Part shown: positions 26,533 through 35,362 of the stretch, piece by piece
Layout of the letters: the number at the start of each line of letters is the position of its first letter
How positions within the stretch are numbered: the stretch's first letter is position 1
NCBI GenBank assembly: GCA_037143175.1
Contig: JBAWZF010000006.1
Location: 3,414-67,413 of the forward strand
Length of the DNA: 64,000 bases
From: a bacterium
GTDB taxonomy: Bacteria > Verrucomicrobiota > Kiritimatiellia > CAIKKV01 > CAITUY01
Direction: 5' to 3'
Program-made: the position numbers and the translations under genes
The notes under the pieces: generated by a model
Databases searched by the model: none
Seen by the model: the letters and a program-made list of their open reading frames with translations, nothing else
Told to the model about the DNA's origin: nothing

Positions 26533-27579
26533 GTGATAATGAGTGCAGCACAGGCGAAATTACTTGTAACTAGTTGGAGTACAATTCGTTACGAATTGCT
26601 TAATACCCGCATTTGTGATCTATCGCTATCGGTCAAGGGGTCTCCGCTTGAAGCCATGATCCAGCAGGTAACTCGTGAACTTCAGGCTAAAGGACTCAAT
26701 TTCATCCCTGAATTTTATCTGACAGACAGCTGGGGTTGTCCAGATGAGGTTCCTGCGGTAGGGGTGCCTTTTTATCTGGCAGACCGGCGTTTGGCACGAA
26801 TTGAAGAAGAACAGACAGGGGAAATTGAAGATGCCCGTACCACCATGATGTATTTGCGTCATGAGATTGGGCACGCTCTGAACTATGCCTATCGTTTGTG
26901 GGAATGGCCGGGCTGGACCGACATTTTTGGAAAATTTTCCAAACCATATCGCGATGTATTTCTGCCAGATCCTTCCAGTCGTGATTTCGTCCGGCATCTG
27001 GTTCATAGCCAGTATGGGCGAAACTATGCCCAGAAGCATCCAGATGAGGATTTTGCGGAGACGTTTGCCATCTGGTTGACCCCCCGTTCAGGTTGGCAAC
27101 GCAAATACCGGTTTTGGCCGGCGATGCGGAAGTTAATGTTTGTCTCGAAATTGATGAAAAGTCTGAAACGGCAAGCTACGCCGGTGGTGGCTTCGGGGCC
27201 GTTGCTGAATCCCGTGACGGAAATGAATATGCTCCTGGCTGAGCATTACGGACAGCGGGCCGAGCGTTATCGTGAGGCTGCCCAGGGCTATGTGGATGAC
27301 AAACTGCGGCAGGTTTTTCCCAAGGTGCGTGCGGAGTCTCAAAGTACGGCTTGTTCTTTTATCCGGCAGCATCGGAATCGCCTGGCCTCAAGTATCAGTA
27401 TCTGGTCAGGATTGGATTCCGAGGAAGTTACGACGATTATTGAGAAGCTGGCGGATCGTTCCAAGTTCCTGAACTTACGGATGCCCCGGCGTAAAGGAAC
27501 CGAAAAACTGGTTGAGATTACCTCGCTGGCCACTTCATTGGCCAAGGATTTCGCCTATACCGGGCGGTTTACGGGGTAG
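26533..27579 (+). CDS. putative zinc-binding metallopeptidase (zincin, HExxH), of the type found next to ATP-grasp ligases
   Basis: HEIGHALNY motif in LRHEIGHALNYAYRLWEWPGW. About 348 aa. No signal peptide. Confidence 0.55.
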   Translation: MIMSAAQAKLLVTSWSTIRYELLNTRICDLSLSVKGSPLEAMIQQVTRELQAKGLNFIPEFYLTDSWGCPDEVPAVGVPFYLADRRLARIEEEQTGEIEDARTTMMYLRHEIGHALNYAYRLWEWPGWTDIFGKFSKPYRDVFLPDPSSRDFVRHLVHSQYGRNYAQKHPDEDFAETFAIWLTPRSGWQRKYRFWPAMRKLMFVSKLMKSLKRQATPVVASGPLLNPVTEMNMLLAEHYGQRAERYREAAQGYVDDKLRQVFPKVRAESQSTACSFIRQHRNRLASSISIWSGLDSEEVTTIIEKLADRSKFLNLRMPRRKGTEKLVEITSLATSLAKDFAYTGRFTG

Positions 27580-28635
27580 TTACATCATCGGTACGCCCAC
27601 GTCGAACGAGGGGCCTTCCATGGCCGTTTTGACGATCTGCTGGAGCAGGTGCGGATAGTCGATTCCCGCTTTCTCCGCCGAGCGGGCGAGTGCCACGCTC
27701 TCATCCAGAGACGGATTGCAGTTGACCTCAAGGACGCGGGGTTGACCAACTTCGTCGAGGCGGATGTCCACACGCCCATAGCCCCAGCCGCCGACCGCAC
27801 GAAAGGCGCGGAGCGCAATCGCACTGATCTCTCGCGCCAGGTAGGGTTCCACCTCTGCCGGACAGATGACGGATGTTTTCTGGTACTCCACGCTGTCTTC
27901 CATCCATTTGGCGGCATAGGACATGATCTGGGGAATTTCCGCGGGGAGTCGGGTGTAGTCCACTTCGGCCAGGGGGAGAACTGTCAATTTGCGCCCCCCC
28001 AGAATGCCGACATTGAACTCACGGCCGGGGAGAAAATGCTGGGCCAGGGCAGGCTGATGGTAGTGCTTAAGAATTTCGCGCACTTTAACTTTCAGGGCTG
28101 ACTTGGTGGATACCACGGAATCGCGGGAGAGCCCGATGCCGGCATGTTCGCGGCTGGGCTGCACAATGATCGGGAAATTCCATTTGACGCGGTCCACGTC
28201 GCCGATGCGCTCGATAATTTCGGTTTTGGGCGGCATGGGAATTCCCGCACCCTGGAGCAAACTGGCGGACATGTATTTGTAGCGACTCAGCCCCAGCGCG
28301 AGGGCGGGGGAGCCGGTGATCGGGAATCCCATCATCTGGACGAGAGCGGCCACGCGCATTTCGTACAAGGCGCCATGAACGACGTCGTCATACTGATTAA
28401 ATACAACATCAGGACGGAGGCGTCGCAGTTTGCGCTGGAATGCAAGCAGGTCGTTGGCGAGGGGGACAATCGTGACCTTGTATCCGACTTTGCGAAGCAC
28501 ATGGGCCATACGGCGGATCATCTTGCGTAAGTCATCTGTACTTCCCGTATCTTCTGGGACCTCAGGGGAAGCGGATGCTCCTGCGTTATACACCAGGGCC
28601 ACATGGTAACGTGTCGAATGCTTCATCTGCTTCAT
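27580..28635 (-). CDS. ATP-grasp ligase, D-Ala-D-Ala ligase-like/RimK-like amidoligase
   Basis: Ddl-like N-terminal domain. ATP-grasp C-terminal motifs ...YGRVDIRLDEVGQPRVLEVNCNP.... Confidence 0.7.
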   Translation of the reverse strand: MKQMKHSTRYHVALVYNAGASASPEVPEDTGSTDDLRKMIRRMAHVLRKVGYKVTIVPLANDLLAFQRKLRRLRPDVVFNQYDDVVHGALYEMRVAALVQMMGFPITGSPALALGLSRYKYMSASLLQGAGIPMPPKTEIIERIGDVDRVKWNFPIIVQPSREHAGIGLSRDSVVSTKSALKVKVREILKHYHQPALAQHFLPGREFNVGILGGRKLTVLPLAEVDYTRLPAEIPQIMSYAAKWMEDSVEYQKTSVICPAEVEPYLAREISAIALRAFRAVGGWGYGRVDIRLDEVGQPRVLEVNCNPSLDESVALARSAEKAGIDYPHLLQQIVKTAMEGPSFDVGVPMM

Positions 28636-28714
28636 AATAATCTCCAGTTCAATCGTCGTGCTTTTAGCAATCTAAAGGATGATGAGGGATAAAGCAACAG
28701 ACAGATTTTACGGG

Positions 28715-30328
28715 TCAGGCTGGCGCGGTGGCATGGGGCGATAAGGTATGGAGTTCTACGCCCGGATGCTCTTTGAGAAAGTATTCAACGGCCCATTTAT
28801 CAGGGAAGAGAATGACATACTGGCCGCGGATATCCGTGGCGATTTTGACGCCGGTGCCTAAATAGATTTTGTCCAGGGCTTCGCGGGTGATACTGGGAGA
28901 AAACCAGCGAATTTGATTGAACGGCGCCGGTTCCATCCGGGGGTCGGCCCCATATTCGGCCTGGAGGCGGTAGGCGACAACCTCAAATTGAAGCTGGCCG
29001 ACTGCGCCCAGTAGCGGGGCCGTCTGAAAGTCATTGACCAGTTCAAAGGACTGAATGACCCCTTCCTGTAACAATTGGTCGAGCCCCTCTCGTAATTGCT
29101 TCTGTTTGGAGGCACCTGAGTTACGGATGAAGGAAAAGGCTTCAGGCGGGAACCGGGGGATTTCGTCATAGCGAATAGCCGGATTGCTTGTCAGGGTGTC
29201 ACCAATGCGAAATGCTTTATGGGTGACCAGACCGACGATGTCGCCCGGATAGGCGATTTCCAGAGATTCCCGATCCTGGCCGAATAATTTCTGGGGGTAG
29301 GAGAGTCGGACGGGTTTTCCACTTTCGGGGTCATTGACCACCATGTCCTTCACAAATTTCCCGGAGCAAACTCGGACAAAGGTAAGCCGATCGCGATGTC
29401 GGGGGTTCATATTGGCCTGAACCTTGAATACGAATCCTGAGAAGTCAGGGTGATCTGGTGCAATGGGGCCGCTACTTGAAATGCGCGGCTGAGGAGGCGC
29501 ACCGTGTTGCACAAAATAGTCGAGGAGGAGTTTCACTCCGAAATTAGTCATACCGCTTCCAAAGAAAACCGGAGTGATTTCACCACGAAGCACCTGTTGT
29601 TCATCAAAACTTTCACCCGCGGCGCTAAGCATCTCCAGCTCTTCGAGCCAAGGATCACGAATATGAGGAGGAATCTGGTCCAGAAGGACACGATCATGGA
29701 TACCTGAAACCTGTTCAGGTGCGCGATGGGCATTATGAGCGGTCCGTTCAAATAGATGCAGTTTCTTCGTCAACCGGTCATAAACACCTTTGAATTCCAC
29801 GCCACTGCCAAGGGGCCAGGTTACCGGGAACGCGCCGATACCGAGGACTTTCTCCAATTCGTCCACGAGGGCGAGGGGATCTTGTGCCGGACGATCCATT
29901 TTATTCATGAACGTGAAAATGGGAATCCCGCGCAGACGGCAAATTTCGAAGAGTTTACGCGTGCGTTCCTCGATACCTTTGGCGGCGTCAATGACCATGA
30001 TGACGCTGTCAACGGCGGTGAGCACGCGGTAGGTATCTTCGCTGAAATCCTTATGGCCTGGGGTGTCAAGCAGGTTGATGACGCACCCTTCATAGTCAAA
30101 CTGAAGCAGAGTTGAGGAAATTGAAATGCCGCGTTCTTTTTCCAATTCCATCCAGTCGGAACTGGTGTTTTTGCGATCCCGACGTGAGCGGACCGAGCCC
30201 GCCAACTGGATGGCGCCCCCATACAGCAGGAGCTTTTCAGTCAGGGTCGTTTTGCCGGCATCCGGATGAGAGATGATGGCAAACGTTCGGCGTCGTGCAA
30301 TTTCAGCAAGCATGGAAGGATCAGACAT
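28715..30328 (-). CDS. prfC: peptide chain release factor 3
   Basis: GTPase motifs AIISHPDAGKTTLTEKLL, DTPGH, NKMDR, and RF3-specific domains. 537 aa. Confidence 0.9.
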   Translation of the reverse strand: MSDPSMLAEIARRRTFAIISHPDAGKTTLTEKLLLYGGAIQLAGSVRSRRDRKNTSSDWMELEKERGISISSTLLQFDYEGCVINLLDTPGHKDFSEDTYRVLTAVDSVIMVIDAAKGIEERTRKLFEICRLRGIPIFTFMNKMDRPAQDPLALVDELEKVLGIGAFPVTWPLGSGVEFKGVYDRLTKKLHLFERTAHNAHRAPEQVSGIHDRVLLDQIPPHIRDPWLEELEMLSAAGESFDEQQVLRGEITPVFFGSGMTNFGVKLLLDYFVQHGAPPQPRISSSGPIAPDHPDFSGFVFKVQANMNPRHRDRLTFVRVCSGKFVKDMVVNDPESGKPVRLSYPQKLFGQDRESLEIAYPGDIVGLVTHKAFRIGDTLTSNPAIRYDEIPRFPPEAFSFIRNSGASKQKQLREGLDQLLQEGVIQSFELVNDFQTAPLLGAVGQLQFEVVAYRLQAEYGADPRMEPAPFNQIRWFSPSITREALDKIYLGTGVKIATDIRGQYVILFPDKWAVEYFLKEHPGVELHTLSPHATAPA

Positions 30329-30340
30329 GGTAGGGGACCG

Positions 30341-31219
30341 TTAGCGGTATTTAGCAAGAAGAGGCACTAGTGCCTCCAGTGTGGCGGGTGGCACGGTCTT
30401 CATATCAGTCATGATGGCGTTTTTCAGTGCCTGCTGACAGGAGCACTCGTGTTTCGCGGGAAGTTGCGCGACAAAGCGGCGAATGATTTCTTTTGCCAGA
30501 GCGGTGTTGGCGGTGAGGGTCTGGATGATCATATCAACCGAAACTTCCTCTTCGCTGACGCGCCAGCAGTCGTAATCGGTGGCCATCGCCATGGGCAGGT
30601 AGCAGAGTTCAGCCTCCCGGCATAGCTTGGCTTCCGGCAGGCTGGTCATGCCAATGATATCAAAGCCCATCTGGCGGTAGGAGTTCGATTCCGCCCGGGT
30701 TGAGAAGGCGGGCCCCTCCATGTTCACATACGTACCCCCTTTATGAAGGCGTACGATATCACCCAGTTTCAGCGAACTGACGACTTCGACGGCAACCTTG
30801 GCCATGAGTTCCCGGAGTTTGTGGCAGGTGGGATCACCGAAAGAAACATGGCCGACGATGCCGTTCCCGAAGAAGGTGTGGTTCAGGGACCCTTTGGTAC
30901 GGTCAAAATATTGGTCGGGCAAAACAATGTCACGCGGGCGGATGCCTTCACGCAGACTGCCGACAGCGCTGACTGACATGACGAGATCCATACCAAGTTT
31001 TTTAAAGCCCCAGATATTGGCCTTGTGATTGATTTCGGCCGGAAGGATCCGGTGTCCCCGGGCGTGGCGTGGCAGGAAATAAATGTCAATGCCGCTTAAG
31101 GTGCCATGGATATAAGCATCGGAGGGCTGGCCGAAGGGGGTGGTCAGGGAAATTTCGTTAACATTCTCGAGTCCTTCGAGTTGATATAAACCGCTGCCGC
31201 CAATGATTCCGAATTTCAT
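30341..31219 (-). CDS. mtnP: S-methyl-5'-thioadenosine phosphorylase
   Basis: MKFGIIGGSGLY..., PNP/MTAP family motifs, about 290 aa. Confidence 0.85.
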   Translation of the reverse strand: MKFGIIGGSGLYQLEGLENVNEISLTTPFGQPSDAYIHGTLSGIDIYFLPRHARGHRILPAEINHKANIWGFKKLGMDLVMSVSAVGSLREGIRPRDIVLPDQYFDRTKGSLNHTFFGNGIVGHVSFGDPTCHKLRELMAKVAVEVVSSLKLGDIVRLHKGGTYVNMEGPAFSTRAESNSYRQMGFDIIGMTSLPEAKLCREAELCYLPMAMATDYDCWRVSEEEVSVDMIIQTLTANTALAKEIIRRFVAQLPAKHECSCQQALKNAIMTDMKTVPPATLEALVPLLAKYR

Positions 31220-31283
31220 GGGTGTCCTTATCAGTAAAGTGTTTTCTACTTTATGTTCAGTATCTGAACATCCTGTAAAGGGG

Positions 31284-31359
31284 TGGTAGGCCGTGTGGGA
31301 TTCGAACCCACGACCCCAACATTAAAAGTGTCGTGCTCTACCAACTGAGCTAACGGCCT
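31284..31359 (-). tRNA. tRNA-Lys (anticodon TTT), CCA encoded
   Basis: Manual fold of the reverse complement. Acceptor aggccgt/acggcct. D stem gctc/gagc. Anticodon loop cttttaa. T stem gtggg/cccac with TTCGAAT loop. Confidence 0.8.
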
Positions 31360-31491
31360 GCGAAAAAGTCGCGTTACAATAGAGAAACGCCGAAGCGATG
31401 TCAACGGCGTATCGACAAAAAGGTGAGGCACGGGTATATATACCGAAAAGCCAGTATGCAGTAAGCAGTTGGCCGGGTGAGCGGAGATTCG

Positions 31492-32259
31492 ATGCCTTTT
31501 ACACTTTCACATGTGGCGGTGGCTGCGCCTTTGGCCCGACTGGGCTTGATTATGTCGGCCCTGGTCGTCGGCAGCATGGCTCCGGATTTTCTGTATTATT
31601 TGCGTCTTTCGACTAACAATAACTGGGGGCATTCGCCGGAGGGGATCGTATTTTTTACCCTGCCATTGGCCCTATTTGTCCTGTGGGGATTTCACGCTTT
31701 CATAAAAAGGCCTCTCTTATATCTGGTTCCTCTGGCCCATCGCCGCCGATTAGTACCCTATGCGGGCCATTTTGGATTCTGGCCGCTGAAACGGTTTTTT
31801 CTCATTCTTATTTCGGTGGTGATCGGCATCCTTATCCACTTGCTGCTGGATAGTTTCACCCATGATTATGGCCTGCTCGCCGAACGGCTTCCCTTTTTGA
31901 GGGAACCGGTATTGCAGGTGTATGGTCGGGCGATGCCGCTGTGTGACCTGCTCCAGTTCGTCATGTCATTTGGCCTGTTGCTGGTGCTGGTCACGCAATA
32001 TGTGCGCTGGTTTTTTCTGAACCGGACTGGGGCGAGTCTTGCCACTTTTCTTGATTTCAGGACTCATTTGCCCTTGTACGTGGTGTTGTTGTTGATCGCC
32101 ACGATTTCGGCAGTGCTTTATGCAAATTATTCCATCCCGATTGTCAGCGATTTGCGGACCCTGCGCCTTTTTGCAGGCCGGCTTATCCTGTTTCAGATGT
32201 CCGCACTCGTGCTGGAAATTCTGATCCTCATCGCTTACCGAAACCGGGTCAGGCTTTGA
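31492..32259 (+). CDS. DUF4184-like polytopic membrane protein
   Basis: N-terminal MPFTLSHVAVAAPL...GSMAPD followed by multiple hydrophobic helices and conserved His residues. Confidence 0.55.
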   Translation: MPFTLSHVAVAAPLARLGLIMSALVVGSMAPDFLYYLRLSTNNNWGHSPEGIVFFTLPLALFVLWGFHAFIKRPLLYLVPLAHRRRLVPYAGHFGFWPLKRFFLILISVVIGILIHLLLDSFTHDYGLLAERLPFLREPVLQVYGRAMPLCDLLQFVMSFGLLLVLVTQYVRWFFLNRTGASLATFLDFRTHLPLYVVLLLIATISAVLYANYSIPIVSDLRTLRLFAGRLILFQMSALVLEILILIAYRNRVRL

Positions 32260-32572
32260 ATGAGCAGATGTATTCGGCGATACCGGATTCTACGGTAATG
32301 TCGAACTTGGAATTTCCCGGCACATCGAACTGAGTGCCTGCGGCATAGGGAGTCCAGGAAGCGACGCCTGCTTGCCGGGCTTTACAGGTGCCGGCAATGA
32401 TCTTCATTTCTTCCGGAGCCCCGGTATTGAACGTGTAGGTGCCTGGATAGATCAGGCCCAGTGTTTTCTTGGTGCCATCGGGAAGGACCAGGGTGTGGCT
32501 CACCACTTTGCCGTCGAAGTAGATATTGGCTTTTGCCGTTACAGAAGCATTTTCAAAGGTGATCGCGCTCAT
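32249..32572 (-). CDS. ppnP: pyrimidine/purine nucleoside phosphorylase PpnP (DUF1255, cupin)
   Basis: ...ANIYFDGKVVSHTLVLPDGTKKTLG...YTFNTGAPEEMKIIAG...FDVPGNSKFDI is similar to E. coli PpnP/YaiE. Start trimmed to MSAITFEN. Confidence 0.7.
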   Translation of the reverse strand: MSAITFENASVTAKANIYFDGKVVSHTLVLPDGTKKTLGLIYPGTYTFNTGAPEEMKIIAGTCKARQAGVASWTPYAAGTQFDVPGNSKFDITVESGIAEYICSFKA

Positions 32573-32720
32573 GGTGAAATTCCTATTCTGACAGAATTTA
32601 GCATTTTCAAATATTGGCCCGCCCCATATAGGAGGGCAATCCGCGCAAAATATCATGCCTGAGATTGGATGCAAGAAAGTCTTTGTGTTTTCTCTTTAAG
32701 ATCATTATACGAGTAACCCT

Positions 32721-34139
32721 ATGAAATCATTTATACATGACGATTTTATCCTGAAATCCAAAACAGCTCGCCGTTTGTATCATGAGGTGGCTGCCGTTCA
32801 GCCGATTATTGACTATCACTGCCATCTGCCTCCAGCTCTGATTGCGAGCAATCATCAGTTTCGTAATTTATATGAAATCTGGTTGGCCGGAGACCACTAC
32901 AAATGGCGTGCGTTACGATCCAACGGGGTTGCCGAACGGTTTATTTCAGGCGATGCCACGGATTATGAAAAATTCATGGCCTGGGCCGGAACGGTGCCTT
33001 ACACCCTGCGCAATCCCCTCTATCATTGGACCCACTTGGAATTGAAGCGTTACTTTGGCATCGATGAACTGCTGGATGAAAAGTCGGCGCCCCGCATCTG
33101 GGAAAAAGCTAATGAGGCTCTACAACAGCCTTATATGAGTGTCCGGGGCTTGTTGGAAAAGAGCTGCGTTGAGGTGGTATGCACAACGGATGACCCCATT
33201 GATTCACTGGAGCATCATCGTGAAATTCAGAAGTCAGGACTGACCACTAAGGTCTACCCCACTTTCCGTCCCGATAAGGCACTTTGGATTGATACACCTG
33301 CCTTTAATGGCTGGGTGGATGCCCTGGAGCGCGCCAGTGGCCTGACATGTGTGAGGTTGACTGATTTCCTGGCCGCGTTGGATAAACGACATGCGTTTTT
33401 CCATAAGATGGGGTGCAGGTTATCTGATCACGGTATTGAACGGTGTTACGCCGAGCCTTGCACCGAGGTCGATGCCAGTGTCATTTTTGATACGGCAAGG
33501 GCGGGTAAAAATGTTTCACGGGAAGCGGCGGACAAATACCGGTCATTCATGATGTTATTTTTCGGACGTCTTGATTATACACGGGGTTGGGTCAAGCAGT
33601 TACACTTCGGCGTGCTGCGCAACAATAATTCCAGGATGATGAAACAACTGGGGCCCGACACGGGGTTTGATGCCATTGGAGATTTCGAGCAGGCGAAGGC
33701 TCTTGTCGGATATTTAAATGCTCTGGATCAGGAAGGGCATTTACCCAAAATGATCATCTATAACATCAATCCGTCCGATAACCATGTGATCGGCACGGTA
33801 ATGGGATGTTTTCAGGATAGTACGACGCCGGGCAAGATTCAGTTGGGCAGCGGGTGGTGGTTCCTGGATCAAAAAGATGGGATGGAGGCCCAGCTTAATG
33901 CGTTGTCTAACTTGGGCTTACTGCGCCGGTTTGTCGGGATGCTGACGGATTCCCGGAGTTTTCTCTCCTACACACGTCATGAATATTTTAGAAGAATCTT
34001 GTGCCAGATGATTGGACAGGATGTGGACCGGGGCGAATTACCTGATGCCCCGGAACTGATCGATTCGATGGTTAAAGATATCTGTTATGGAAATGCGAGT
34101 CGTTATTTTTCGTTTTCGTCATCAAAGTCGCAGTCATAA
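32721..34139 (+). CDS. uxaC: glucuronate isomerase
   Basis: N-terminal ...IIDYHCHLPP..., the conserved signature of UxaC. 472 aa. Confidence 0.85.
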   Translation: MKSFIHDDFILKSKTARRLYHEVAAVQPIIDYHCHLPPALIASNHQFRNLYEIWLAGDHYKWRALRSNGVAERFISGDATDYEKFMAWAGTVPYTLRNPLYHWTHLELKRYFGIDELLDEKSAPRIWEKANEALQQPYMSVRGLLEKSCVEVVCTTDDPIDSLEHHREIQKSGLTTKVYPTFRPDKALWIDTPAFNGWVDALERASGLTCVRLTDFLAALDKRHAFFHKMGCRLSDHGIERCYAEPCTEVDASVIFDTARAGKNVSREAADKYRSFMMLFFGRLDYTRGWVKQLHFGVLRNNNSRMMKQLGPDTGFDAIGDFEQAKALVGYLNALDQEGHLPKMIIYNINPSDNHVIGTVMGCFQDSTTPGKIQLGSGWWFLDQKDGMEAQLNALSNLGLLRRFVGMLTDSRSFLSYTRHEYFRRILCQMIGQDVDRGELPDAPELIDSMVKDICYGNASRYFSFSSSKSQS

Positions 34140-34169
34140 GATGTAAAGTATTGAAGGAGATTATTTATC

Positions 34170-35249
34170 ATGAAAATTGAACTGAAAAAAAACTGTAAGT
34201 ACTCCCTGTTGGTTCCTACGAGCATGGGCATCCGGATCACGCCAGTGAATGGTCAACCGGTACACTGCGGGGGTACGTTCATGATGCAGCCGACCAGCGC
34301 TGAAACGAATGTCGCCAGCGTTGTTTCGTATCTCGGTTTGCCGGTCAAAGTGTTGACGACGTTTGTGAAGGGTAGTCCTATCGCCCAACTCATCAAGGAT
34401 AATCTGCGCGCCCGCAACATGGATTTCGAAGGTGCTGAGGTTGCGCAGGGTGGGCCCTGGGGGCACCGTCATCAGATTAACATCGCGGACAGCGGGTTCG
34501 GGTCACGAGGGCCGCGTGTATGGAATGACCGAGCGGGCGAGGTCGGCCGTACACTGAATGTGAAGGATTTTGATCTGGATCGAATCTTTGGCAAAGAGGG
34601 TGTGCAGATTGTCCACCTGTCCGGCTTGATTGGAGCACTTTCCCCGGAAACAAGTACATTTTGTCTGGAGCTGGCGCGTGCCGCGAAGAAGCATGGTACC
34701 AAGATCTCGTTTGACCTGAATTACCGCGCGTCGTTTTGGAAAGGACGCGAGAAAGAGCTTTCGGCCATTTTCGCCGAAATTGCCAGTGTGGCTGACATCC
34801 TGGTCGGTAATGAAGAGGACTTCCAGTTGTGTCTTGGTGTTCAGGGACCCGAAGCGGGGGGCAAGGACATTAAGGCGAAGATTGATGGGTTCAAGGGAAT
34901 GATTGAGCGTGTGAAAAAGGCGTATCCCAATGCCCAGACGTATGGCACCACGCTTCGTGAGGTTGAGGATGCCAACAATCACCTGTGGGGTGCCTTGGTG
35001 GCCGCTGGCAGCGAGTGGTATGTTGTTGAACCTCGCCATATTACCGTGCTTGACCGCATTGGCGGTGGCGACGGATTCGTCGGGGGGATGCTCTATGCGA
35101 TCCTCAAGGGGTGGGAACCCGAGAAGTGGATTCAGTTCGGCTGGGCGACTGGCGCCCTGGCAACCACTTTGCTGACCGATTACGGTCAACCTGCGGATGA
35201 GGACCAAGTGTGGAGTATTTGGAAGGGCAATGCCCGCGTTCAACGTTAA
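34170..35249 (+). CDS. kdgK: PfkB-family sugar kinase, 2-dehydro-3-deoxygluconokinase-like
   Basis: C-terminal DRIGGGDGFVGGMLYAIL (DTxGAGD-type) motif. Adjacent to uxaC (hexuronate pathway context). Confidence 0.6.
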   Translation: MKIELKKNCKYSLLVPTSMGIRITPVNGQPVHCGGTFMMQPTSAETNVASVVSYLGLPVKVLTTFVKGSPIAQLIKDNLRARNMDFEGAEVAQGGPWGHRHQINIADSGFGSRGPRVWNDRAGEVGRTLNVKDFDLDRIFGKEGVQIVHLSGLIGALSPETSTFCLELARAAKKHGTKISFDLNYRASFWKGREKELSAIFAEIASVADILVGNEEDFQLCLGVQGPEAGGKDIKAKIDGFKGMIERVKKAYPNAQTYGTTLREVEDANNHLWGALVAAGSEWYVVEPRHITVLDRIGGGDGFVGGMLYAILKGWEPEKWIQFGWATGALATTLLTDYGQPADEDQVWSIWKGNARVQR

Positions 35250-35362
35250 GGGAGTTTCAACTCAATAATCATATTCCGTATTTCTACGCTTTCAGCAAGC
35301 AAGATAATAAGGAGCCATCTGCCCATCAAAAGCAGATTTTTGGCTGGCCACTCGGTTGAAGA

